The translations under genes were made by a program, and so were the position numbers. The notes beneath the pieces were generated by a model. That model searched no databases. It worked only from the letters and a program-made list of their open reading frames with translations, and had not been told where the DNA came from. A DNA stretch of 32,000 bases from Candidatus Jordarchaeales archaeon (GTDB lineage Archaea > Asgardarchaeota > Jordiarchaeia > Jordiarchaeales > Freyrarchaeaceae): contig JAWCFL010000012.1 in NCBI GenBank assembly GCA_038858525.1, positions 29,492-61,491 on the forward strand. Direction: 5' to 3'. Positions 1-8,628 of the stretch are shown here, piece after piece (the stretch's first letter is position 1; each line of letters begins with the position of its first letter).

Positions 1-1072
1 TCCACTCGTACATCAAGTCAAATGCTTCACAGATCTCGGATTTGTCTTCCTTTGGCTTTATGTAGAATGGTTTCCCTTTAGTCGGCCACTCAGTTATAAA
101 GTAAAATCCCTTGATGGTTTCTCCGAGCTCACGGTAAGCGGGGGTAGGTATGTCTTCCCCCCACGCAACCGGTATCCCCTTTTTCTCCAAGATTTCGAGT
201 ATCTCCGTGTAAGTGTACCTTGGGAATGGCGGCTTCTGTATTTCGATGTGCCTTTCGAGTATGCTTAGCTCTTCCTTGCACTCCTCAGTCACCTTAGTGA
301 GAACGTGGTGTATTAATCTTTCTAGAAGAGCCATTACGTCCTCAGCGTCGGCGAATGCTGCCTCGACGTCTACCACGTAGACTTCGCTGAGGTGCCTAAC
401 CGTTCTACTCTCCTCAGCACGATAGCATGGCCCGATCTCGAAGACTTTTTCAAACACGCTTGAAAGTTGCTCCTTGTATAGCTGAGCTGACTGGCTCAGA
501 AACGCCTCCCGCTCATAGTATGATATTGGGAAGAGCTCGGCGCCGCCCTCTGTGGCTGAAGCGATTATTTTTGGCGTCTGCACCTCCATGAAGCCCTCAT
601 CCAGCAGGAAGCTCCTTATAAATTTAATGACATTGTGCCTCAGCCTGAATATGGCGTTCACTTTCGGCCTCCTGAGGTCGAGCACCCTGTTGTCGAGCCT
701 AGTGTCTAGGTTAGCATCCACTTTCCCTGTTGGGTCTAGTGGGAGGGGGGATACTGCGACGTTTAGGATGATGAGCTCTTCAGGTATTATCTCGGCTCCC
801 CTTGGGGCGTTTTCCATGGCTTTAACAGTTCCTCGTACAGCAACCACGTATTCCTTGCCTAGATTCTTAGCCTTCTCATATAGCTCCCTGTTTTTCTTCG
901 AAAAGGTCACCTGAACGCTCCCCTCTCTATCCCTTAGGATCACAAACATGAGGCCGCCAAGGTTCCTTACGCGCTCAACCCACCCGCATACAATGACTTC
1001 TTCCCCGTTGAGTTCAGGAGATATATCCTTCGAGTAATGCGTCCTCTTAAGCTTAGATGAAGCACGTTGCAA
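1..1072 (-). CDS. aspS: Aspartate--tRNA ligase (archaeal type), 3' end runs off the window
   Basis: Hand translation (absent from the ORF track): KRTHYSKDI..GWVERVRNLGGLMFVILRD OB-fold and class II motif 2 FEIGPCYRAEESRTVRHLSE. TTG start at 1072 preceded by GGTGA; alternative GTG at 1081. Confidence 0.95.
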   Translation of the reverse strand, partial: MQRASSKLKRTHYSKDISPELNGEEVIVCGWVERVRNLGGLMFVILRDREGSVQVTFSKKNRELYEKAKNLGKEYVVAVRGTVKAMENAPRGAEIIPEELIILNVAVSPLPLDPTGKVDANLDTRLDNRVLDLRRPKVNAIFRLRHNVIKFIRSFLLDEGFMEVQTPKIIASATEGGAELFPISYYEREAFLSQSAQLYKEQLSSVFEKVFEIGPCYRAEESRTVRHLSEVYVVDVEAAFADAEDVMALLERLIHHVLTKVTEECKEELSILERHIEIQKPPFPRYTYTEILEILEKKGIPVAWGEDIPTPAYRELGETIKGFYFITEWPTKGKPFYIKPKEDKSEICEAFDLMYEW

Positions 1073-1131
1073 GGCTATCACCTTACGCCCCTTCAAAGGG
1101 GAAGTTTAAGTGGTGTTGAGACTTCCCAGTA

Positions 1132-2502
1132 TTAATATTTTGTTGGGTCTGTCTTCATTATCTCGCGCGCAAGGCACGTCGCGTAGCTTCCTTTTGGAAG
1201 GGAGAAGTGGAGGGACGCCGTGACCCCATCTAGATCTTTGTCCGCTGATACCCTCACCAGCCTCAGCATCGGCGGGTTTACTAGTGCCTGCCTGAAGTCG
1301 CCCCTTGCAGCAAGCTCTGGCATTGATTTCACTTTGAATGAGTCCAAGCTAAGTTCAAGCTCCAAGAGAACATGCTTAACTATTTCTTCCTGGATGGAGC
1401 CGGACGGCAGATTAGTGTCGTATCCTATAATGGGGAGAGCTAATGCCGCTTGTCCCCGCTCTATTAAAGAGTTGATCCTGTCAACATTTCCCTCGTCAAC
1501 AAGCATCACTGATTCGGGTAATCCGTTTTTCAGGGTTACTGCGAAGTCCCCTACGTTAACCCGGTTTAGTGGGAGGCCAAGCGTCCTTCTCTCGCTCAGA
1601 ATGAGATTGAAAATATACGATTGAGCAGCATGGACAAACATTAAGGCTAGCCCTCTTGGTAGCCTCCTAAAGGCGCCCACAAAGTCATTTGGAAACTTCA
1701 CTAAGTGGTTGAGCATAGCTCGCTCGTAAACCAAGTAATTGGGGAAACGCTTAAGCGCGCCCTTAAAATCCATCGTTTCAGTTAGGTAGCGCCTAGCCTC
1801 CTTAGCTTCCTCGCTCTCCATCGGGTAGACCTGTGAGAGGAACTCCATCGCCGCCTCCCTGAATTCCCCTTTAAGAAGCCTTAAGCCGACCATGTGCGTT
1901 ACAGGCCGTGTGACGCCAAATCGCTGGTGCCCATAAAAGTTCGGTACTCCCCCCTCAGCCTTCAGCTCCTCAATCACCTTCAATATTCTTTCTTCAGCTC
2001 TCCAGACGGGTAGGCGGATCTCGCGCACGTTAACCCTGAAAAAGTTCCCCCAGAGGTCGCCGAGCTTAACTTCCTCAGCTGAACGCCACGCTCCCCGCAC
2101 AACAACCCCTCTAATTTTCAGGGACATTATGGTTTCAGGCTCAACTTTCCAAGCGCTCATCCTCTGAACTGCAATCGCCCTCTTATCCTTAACTCCAGCG
2201 TAAGAAAAACGCTTCCTGCTAACCCTCAGCGCCCTCGCCATCCTCCTTATCATCTCAAACGTGTCATATGTCCCATGGCGCTCAACAATGAAAACACAAT
2301 AATCCCCCTCTCCCTCACGAGTACCCCAGTCAACCCCCCTTCGGAGGACTTCCCCCTCAGGAGTCACCTCCTCAACCACGAAGTCTTCCGGTTTAACTCT
2401 GAGGCGGCCACCTACACCTGGCGTCTTCGTTATGAAGAAGCGCATCCCCAACTCGAACTCCAAATCCAATAAAGCATCCTCCATAATCTTCCATGAATCC
2501 AC
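1132..2502 (-). CDS. truD: tRNA pseudouridine(13) synthase TruD
   Basis: Motifs PEDFVVEE, YAGVKDKRA (catalytic Asp), NFYGHQRFG and FSLPKGSYAT. Confidence 0.93.
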   Translation of the reverse strand: MDSWKIMEDALLDLEFELGMRFFITKTPGVGGRLRVKPEDFVVEEVTPEGEVLRRGVDWGTREGEGDYCVFIVERHGTYDTFEMIRRMARALRVSRKRFSYAGVKDKRAIAVQRMSAWKVEPETIMSLKIRGVVVRGAWRSAEEVKLGDLWGNFFRVNVREIRLPVWRAEERILKVIEELKAEGGVPNFYGHQRFGVTRPVTHMVGLRLLKGEFREAAMEFLSQVYPMESEEAKEARRYLTETMDFKGALKRFPNYLVYERAMLNHLVKFPNDFVGAFRRLPRGLALMFVHAAQSYIFNLILSERRTLGLPLNRVNVGDFAVTLKNGLPESVMLVDEGNVDRINSLIERGQAALALPIIGYDTNLPSGSIQEEIVKHVLLELELSLDSFKVKSMPELAARGDFRQALVNPPMLRLVRVSADKDLDGVTASLHFSLPKGSYATCLAREIMKTDPTKY

Positions 2503-2513
2503 GGCTTTCCAGG

Positions 2514-2870
2514 TCAGAGCAGAGGGAGGCTACCCGTCAGCAAGTCTATCAGCTCGTTTGGAGCGGGCCCTATGGCTAGAGCCGTAACTGTTCCAGGGGG
2601 GACCTCAGTTAGCCCCATGTCGCAGATCTTAGCGTAGGGCAACCCCTTCTCTTCCGCCTTCTTTTCGAAGAGCTCAAGCTCCTCAAGCGACGAAACTCTC
2701 AGCGCAACCTTCTTCTGTCCCTCCTCCATCCACCTTTGCCACCACTCCGGCCTGCTTCGTCTCGCCTCTTCCGCTGCCGAAACTGCCGCGTGAGCTACTT
2801 GAACCGCCGTTTTCCCCTTACTCATTTTCAAGTCGCTCCTAACCAGTATGACCATCTTGTACTCGAACAT
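2514..2870 (-). CDS. pth2: Peptidyl-tRNA hydrolase Pth2
   Basis: [28 protein letters not shown]. Start moved to ATG 2870 because GGAGGT lies just upstream. Confidence 0.93.
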   Translation of the reverse strand: MFEYKMVILVRSDLKMSKGKTAVQVAHAAVSAAEEARRSRPEWWQRWMEEGQKKVALRVSSLEELELFEKKAEEKGLPYAKICDMGLTEVPPGTVTALAIGPAPNELIDLLTGSLPLL

Positions 2871-2950
2871 TGTGACCTCCTCTATAGGCCCACCATAAAT
2901 TAGCAACCACACATTTATTTAAAAAGACTCAGGGAGAAAAATGAGAGGGG

Positions 2951-4114
2951 TTGCTTTTGAAGGGCGACGTTGTCGTTGTAGGCTGTGGCCCAGCGGGCTC
3001 GCTGGCGTCCCTTGAGGCGGCTAAGAAGGGATTGGAAGTATTGGTTCTGGAGGAGCATAACGTTGTGGGGGAACCGGATCATTGCGCTGGACTGGTAAGC
3101 GTCAGCGGGCTGAAGAGGCTTGGCTTAAAGGTTCCGGGTGAGTGCATCCTTAACAAGGTTTACGGTGCACGCTTCATTTCGCCTTCAGGAGTTGAGTTTA
3201 CAGTTAGAAGAGGAACGCCGCAAGCATTGGTCCTTGACAGGAGGGCATTTGACAGGTGGCTAGCGTCCCTTGCCCATGACGCGGGTGCCAGCATAATTTT
3301 AGGTGAGAAAGCTACTTCCCTAAAGGTTGAAGCTAGTGAAGTTGCTGTGACGGTTAGAAGCGGATGGGAAGCGCGTGGAAAGGTGGTCATCGACGCTGAA
3401 GGATGCAGGGGAAAAATTGCTAAGCTAGCAGGTCTGCCTAGACCTAGGGAGCGCATACCTGCAGTCCAGTATGAACTTGCTGGAGCGGACGTAGACAGAG
3501 ACTTCGTCGAGTTACACTTCAGCAGAACCTTTGCGCCCGGCTTCTTCGCTTGGGTTATACCGACCGAGAATGGAGCAAGAGTGGGTTTAGGAGCAGTCTC
3601 CCAGCCAGGGAAAAGGCTCGCAGCTTTTATCAGAAAGAGAGGACTTTCAGATGCAAAGATAATCCGTAAAATGGCTGGAACAATAATTACCGGAGGTCCT
3701 GTGAAGCGGACTTACACCAGCCACATTGTCACCGTCGGTGATGTAGCGGGACAAGTAAAGCAGACAACCGGTGGCGGCGTAGTCATGGGTGGCTTATGTG
3801 CAAAGATGGCGGGGCAAATAGTCGCTGACGCTGTCTTAAAAGGTGATGTAAGTAGACAACTAGTAAAGTACCAGCAGTCGTGGAGAAAGTTTCTTGGAAG
3901 AGAGTTTTTCTACATGGGACTTGCACGCAAAGTTCTCAACAAAATTAGTGATAAAGGACTAAACGGAGCCTTTATGGCTATACGCGAGCATGGTGGATCA
4001 GAAATACTGGAGCGCTACGGGGACATGGACTTCGAAGCAACAGCCCTCAAAAAACTCCTTTCTAGTCCACGAACACTATTAATTACCATTGCCCATTTAT
4101 TTATGGTTAGCTAG
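2951..4114 (+). CDS. Geranylgeranyl reductase family FAD oxidoreductase (DGGR-like)
   Basis: GCGPAG FAD motif, CAG, LDRRAFDRWL, FFAWVIP, VGDVAGQV and TGGG. Confidence 0.85.
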   Translation: MLLKGDVVVVGCGPAGSLASLEAAKKGLEVLVLEEHNVVGEPDHCAGLVSVSGLKRLGLKVPGECILNKVYGARFISPSGVEFTVRRGTPQALVLDRRAFDRWLASLAHDAGASIILGEKATSLKVEASEVAVTVRSGWEARGKVVIDAEGCRGKIAKLAGLPRPRERIPAVQYELAGADVDRDFVELHFSRTFAPGFFAWVIPTENGARVGLGAVSQPGKRLAAFIRKRGLSDAKIIRKMAGTIITGGPVKRTYTSHIVTVGDVAGQVKQTTGGGVVMGGLCAKMAGQIVADAVLKGDVSRQLVKYQQSWRKFLGREFFYMGLARKVLNKISDKGLNGAFMAIREHGGSEILERYGDMDFEATALKKLLSSPRTLLITIAHLFMVS

Positions 4115-4417
4115 CTTTTTTGAAAAACTATTTAAAACTTGTTATTATAAACTTATACTTATTATTATCTTTTTATTATCTTTCATTGTTGGTTTAAGTT
4201 TCAGATTTCTGCTGGTACCTTCGAGCAGATGAAAAACCCGACCACCCGGTGGGAAGATCACTAAGCTGGATAAACGTTTAGTCTTGCCGCTGGATGAAAC
4301 AGAATACTTAAATAGTTTAACGTTGGTTTTAAACGCTAAAGGCTAATCATAAACAAGGACGACGTATAATATGTTTGAATTTGAGGCTGTAAATTTTGGT
4401 TGAGGGGTGAGTGATTA

Positions 4418-5296
4418 TTGCTTCCGCTTTTTGTTAACTTAGAGCAAGTTACGCAGGGTCTCTTTATGACTGTCGTCATATGGATACTCCAGTATGGGTT
4501 TCTCGGTTTCTATGCAGCGATGGTCATACAAGCAATAATAGCAATCATCCCGAGTGAACTCATACTCATGTTCGGGGGAATCGCATACTCGCTTATCTAT
4601 TGGCCTGTGAATATTGTTAAGGGGTTCGACTACGCTTTGCTCGTGACTGCTCTGGTTGGAGGGGTTGGTGAACTGACGGGGGCGGTCGCAGGCTTCTACA
4701 TAGCAAGGATCGTAGGTAGGCCGATCGTATCCAAGTGGGAGGAGAAGGCGATGCAGGCTCGTGATGGAAATCCGAACGCGAAGAAGCTTGGAAGAATTGA
4801 GAAGGCGATCTTTTTGAGTCTGGGTGACGCCATTTTGATCGCGGATAACTGGCTTGAAAAATGGGGGGCTATTGCCGTCCTGTTAGCTCGACTAGCTCCG
4901 CCAATACCTTTCGACGCCGTGTCTTACGGGTCAGGGCTCACTAAGATAAAGTTTAAGCCATTTATCGCCGCCACAACAGTTGGGGCGTTTCCAAGGGCTC
5001 TCATGTACGCTTACATAGGAAAAAGGACTTACGAAAGCTTTGTGTTAATCCCTCAAGCACTCAGAACACTGTTCTTCCTCACCGACAATCCTGTAGCCCA
5101 AATGCTCATATACAACTACTTGGCGGGCAACCCGATCATGAGCAACCCCTACACAATATTCTTCGCTGTGGCAGCAGCGATACTCGCCTCGCTCTACATA
5201 TCTTACGAGGTCATAAAGAGAACCCAACTTAGGGGGCACCGGGCAAGAGGGCTAGACGAGCCTTGCTCAAAAACTGGAGAGGAAAGCGTAAAGTGA
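4418..5296 (+). CDS. VTT/DedA-superfamily membrane protein (TVP38/TMEM64/TMEM41-like)
   Basis: Hydrophobic helices with IPSE and ARLAPPIPFDAVSYGSGL motifs. Confidence 0.8.
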   Translation: MLPLFVNLEQVTQGLFMTVVIWILQYGFLGFYAAMVIQAIIAIIPSELILMFGGIAYSLIYWPVNIVKGFDYALLVTALVGGVGELTGAVAGFYIARIVGRPIVSKWEEKAMQARDGNPNAKKLGRIEKAIFLSLGDAILIADNWLEKWGAIAVLLARLAPPIPFDAVSYGSGLTKIKFKPFIAATTVGAFPRALMYAYIGKRTYESFVLIPQALRTLFFLTDNPVAQMLIYNYLAGNPIMSNPYTIFFAVAAAILASLYISYEVIKRTQLRGHRARGLDEPCSKTGEESVK

Positions 5297-5374
5297 GATG
5301 AGCGTCAGAGACCTGCTCGCCGAGTAGTGTTTTTAGGGGGAGAGGTTCTCCTTTATTTTTTGGGCGTGGTTGCC

Positions 5375-6856
5375 GTGGCGAAGTGGCCTTACTTTGCAGG
5401 GGACTACGTGGTTGGAAGGGAGGAAGCTGCCTTCGCCGTGGTAACATGTGGCTCACATGACCTTCCTGAAAAGGTGGTTGCGCTGGCGGCTGACCTTGTA
5501 GCCATAGCGGGATCATGTGAGACCGAGAACGACGGCGTCGCCAGAGTGATCCAAAACATAGTTTCCAACAGCAACATACGATTTCTCGTCGTCTGCGGGG
5601 AGGAGGTTGTAGGGCACGCTCCGGGACAAACCATAGTGTCCCTCCACGAGAACGGCATAGGGCCAGACTACAAGGTTATTGGAAGCGAGGGCACAATACC
5701 CGTCCTGCACCCGAAGTACTTCAAGGTAGGGGACCCTTACACGGTCGTCGAGCGTTTCAGGAAGCAAGTTGAGTTAGTTGATCTCCGCGGAGAAAAAAAC
5801 CCGGACAGCATTGCGGCAAAGATACGCTCACTCGCAACCAAACGGGTCGAGAAATATTCTGAGCCGCCACTTCTCCCGCTTCCGGAAGAGGAAAAATATG
5901 ACTGGGCTACGGCACTTAGGCGCATCGAAGAGAAAGGCTGGCTGAGGGAGAGAGAAGTTGAGCCTGTGAGCTCTCTGTTCTACAGGAGGGAGTTGATGGT
6001 TTATGACGTCGCAGGAGTTAAGCTTGGGGGGCAGCGGGGAGAGTACTCCACTGTTCTGGCCGGGACGATCTTCTACAGGAAGGAGCCCATAGTCAGGGAC
6101 CCTATTAAGGGGATTTTCGATGAGAAGGCCGCTGAAGAGCTAATAGTGAGGCAGACGGAGCTTTCGGACGAGTACTGTGTGCCCTCGATGGTGCATGTGG
6201 TGGGCGAGACTGGGGAGGCTCTCTCAAACTATATGCTTTTCGTGGCGGACGTGACGGACGCACCAATAATAATAGATTCAACTAGTCTTGAAGCCCGCGT
6301 CGAAGCTATGATGATCGCGAAGGAGGTCGGACTGGAGCACAAAACAATATACAACTCGGTGTTAAGTGCTGAAGAGAGGGAGCTTGAAGCTTTGCGTGAC
6401 GTAGCGCCGATAGAGCACGCCATAATACTGTCTTATGGTTTCACGCTGGATGAGAGACTAAAAAAGGCGGATCTCATACTGTCCAGCGTTCGGGGGGTCG
6501 TAGAGAAGGCGATCCTGGACCCGGGGGTCCCCATACTCGGCGAGGGCGGATTGGAGGCGCTTCACTCCGCCTGGACTATGAAGAAGCTTTACGGCTACCC
6601 CACTGCTATAGGAATACACAACATGCTCGCAGGCGTTCACCACGAGTTGAGACGAAAAATGGACTTCTCCTTCATATACGCTCTTCCCTCACTGTATGGC
6701 GTCGACCTCAACCTCTATGGTCCGATGAAGAACGCGCCCAGAATTTTCCCCCTGGTTGCCGCCGCTGAAGCTGCAGTGGCGGATGAGTTACACAGCGTTC
6801 TCGGAGTCCATCCTAGGCCAACCCACCCATACTATAAAGTGAGGGAGACGAAATGA
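5375..6856 (+). CDS. mtrAH: MtrA-MtrH fusion: corrinoid-binding MtrA domain plus methyl-pterin methyltransferase MtrH domain
   Basis: N-terminal WPYFAGDY..CGSH..TENDG..SNIRFLVVCGEEVVGHAPGQ (MtrA, His at 5615-5617); C-terminal GGQRGEYSTVLAGTIFY..IIDST (MtrH). The track starts at 5327; GTG 5375 is preferred by homology. Confidence 0.85.
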   Translation: MAKWPYFAGDYVVGREEAAFAVVTCGSHDLPEKVVALAADLVAIAGSCETENDGVARVIQNIVSNSNIRFLVVCGEEVVGHAPGQTIVSLHENGIGPDYKVIGSEGTIPVLHPKYFKVGDPYTVVERFRKQVELVDLRGEKNPDSIAAKIRSLATKRVEKYSEPPLLPLPEEEKYDWATALRRIEEKGWLREREVEPVSSLFYRRELMVYDVAGVKLGGQRGEYSTVLAGTIFYRKEPIVRDPIKGIFDEKAAEELIVRQTELSDEYCVPSMVHVVGETGEALSNYMLFVADVTDAPIIIDSTSLEARVEAMMIAKEVGLEHKTIYNSVLSAEERELEALRDVAPIEHAIILSYGFTLDERLKKADLILSSVRGVVEKAILDPGVPILGEGGLEALHSAWTMKKLYGYPTAIGIHNMLAGVHHELRRKMDFSFIYALPSLYGVDLNLYGPMKNAPRIFPLVAAAEAAVADELHSVLGVHPRPTHPYYKVRETK

Positions 6857-8037
6857 AGCCATACGGCCCATACCTTATAAGGGCGTGTCACGTTGACGCA
6901 GCCTGGAGGCAGGCTAACAGGCTTATCCTCGAGAAAGGCATACCAGTAACCACAGAGGACAGGAACCAGGAAACCCTTGAAACAATAGGATGCATAATAC
7001 ACCTGACAGACTGGAGGAGCGGACCCATACTCCCCCGCGGATACATAGGAATGGATGAAGCAACCCTCAAGGGGAGTTACATACCCCAGTACTTAGCTTC
7101 GGATAAGGGTACACACACGTACACCTACGGGTGGTGCGCTAGGAAAAGGTTTGGTGTCAACCAGGTTGAAGAGGCAGGGAAAGCCCTAAGAAAAAGCAAT
7201 ACTGCTATAATACAGTTCTGGAACCCGGCATCAGATACGTTAAACCAGAACCCGCCATGCATAAGCATGATAGTTCTCCACAGAACAGGAGACCACGTCA
7301 ACGCCGTAGTATACCTCAGAAGCAACGACATGGCTAGGGCATGGCCCGAGGACGTGGCTGGAATAAACATCGTGTTCCTCACCGAGGCTGCTTCATACCT
7401 CAAGGGCGTAGAATCCATAGGGACGACGACAACGATATCCGCGTCAGCCCACATATACCGAACTTCCGAGGAGGAGCTGAGGGAGACGCTAAGCCAAACA
7501 ATGACCCCGACGGTGAGAAGGCGGAGAGAACCGGAGCGCAGGGCGACCGGAGGACCAATAATGATTGAAGCTACAACAATAAGGGAAGCGGTGGAGAAAA
7601 CAAGGAAGGTGGCTGAAAGGCACGCTGAGCCATTATACCCCATCCTGAAAATCCGCAGGCCCGAAGTGTTCGAGCCAGACCACGAACTAATAGACAAGCT
7701 GGAGGGCTACAATGGAGAGACGGACCAGGGGGAGAAGAAAACGGTAAATCAGCTCAACTACGCTGCTGAAAAGGTAGCTAAAACCCCCCAAAGCAGAAGA
7801 ATAGTAGTAACACCGTGTAACCCGAAAAGGGGGCACCAGAACCCACTACTTATACAGTTCCTCCCAAGGCAGGAAAACCACACAATAGCATTCTACGCAA
7901 ACATCAACATAAACGAGATAATCCAGGAAGCAGCAAAAACAGCGGAAATACAAAGAATAGTCTCAGAAAAAGCTAAAATTAAACCAGGACAACTAATAGT
8001 CATCATAACTCCGCTAAACACTGAAAGCTGTAGCTAA
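6853..8037 (+). CDS. Thymidylate synthase-superfamily protein with a duplicated TS domain
   Basis: Domain 1 has YTYG, PPC, RSND and SAHIY; domain 2 has NQL..SRRIVV. Overlaps the upstream stop (ATGA). Confidence 0.82.
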   Translation: MKPYGPYLIRACHVDAAWRQANRLILEKGIPVTTEDRNQETLETIGCIIHLTDWRSGPILPRGYIGMDEATLKGSYIPQYLASDKGTHTYTYGWCARKRFGVNQVEEAGKALRKSNTAIIQFWNPASDTLNQNPPCISMIVLHRTGDHVNAVVYLRSNDMARAWPEDVAGINIVFLTEAASYLKGVESIGTTTTISASAHIYRTSEEELRETLSQTMTPTVRRRREPERRATGGPIMIEATTIREAVEKTRKVAERHAEPLYPILKIRRPEVFEPDHELIDKLEGYNGETDQGEKKTVNQLNYAAEKVAKTPQSRRIVVTPCNPKRGHQNPLLIQFLPRQENHTIAFYANININEIIQEAAKTAEIQRIVSEKAKIKPGQLIVIITPLNTESCS

Positions 8038-8335
8038 AACCAAAAGCAACAAATCACCCGCACGCAAATTCTCCATAATCAATCTCTCCAGAAGCAGGCA
8101 TCTTACTCCCTTGAAAAAGCCGCTTGAAACATGAAAACTGAAAACTGGTTACCTTTCTTCCAGCATACAATGGAGAACGAAATCGACATTGGAACTCTGC
8201 TCCCTACTGAATTTAGCTAAACTATTTTAACTTCTTCGAGAAGACATTTAACGAAAACTGGGGTGAAAGAAAAATAAGTTTAAATATGAAGTGAAAGAAA
8301 GAAGAAGGAGAAGGACTAATGGGGAGGATGTGATT

Positions 8336-8494
8336 ATGAGTGAAGTAACGCCTTCACGTGTAAAATGCCCCAAGTGCGGTAGTATTGATGTAAAACAGAC
8401 TGAAGATAAAAGCAAAGTGCTCAGCTATGCTGGAGGGCAACCGATCTACAAGAAAATCTGGAAATGCAAGAAGTGCGGAGAGACGTGGGGATAA
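8336..8494 (+). CDS. Small zinc-ribbon protein (52 aa)
   Basis: CPKCG...CKKCG; ATG 8336 follows GGAGGATGTGA. Confidence 0.7.
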   Translation: MSEVTPSRVKCPKCGSIDVKQTEDKSKVLSYAGGQPIYKKIWKCKKCGETWG

Positions 8495-8628
8495 AACCAA
8501 CCACTAAGTGATTCAGGCTGATGAGCGTGCCTAGCGAATATCTGTTTTTTCTCTACTTATCTTTATCAAACAATAACAGTTTCTTCGTATGGTATATTTA
8601 CTCATTTGTTAATCCATATCTCTCATAT

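Noticed and set aside
4200-4310. Hairpin TCTGCT/AGCAGA and GATGAA boxes suggesting a C/D sRNA or riboswitch
   Set aside because: No proper RUGAUGA-CUGA pairing and the stems are short.
5375-6856. mtrAH as evidence of methanogenesis
   Set aside because: No membrane Mtr subunits or mcr genes are in the window, and these domains occur in non-methanogens.
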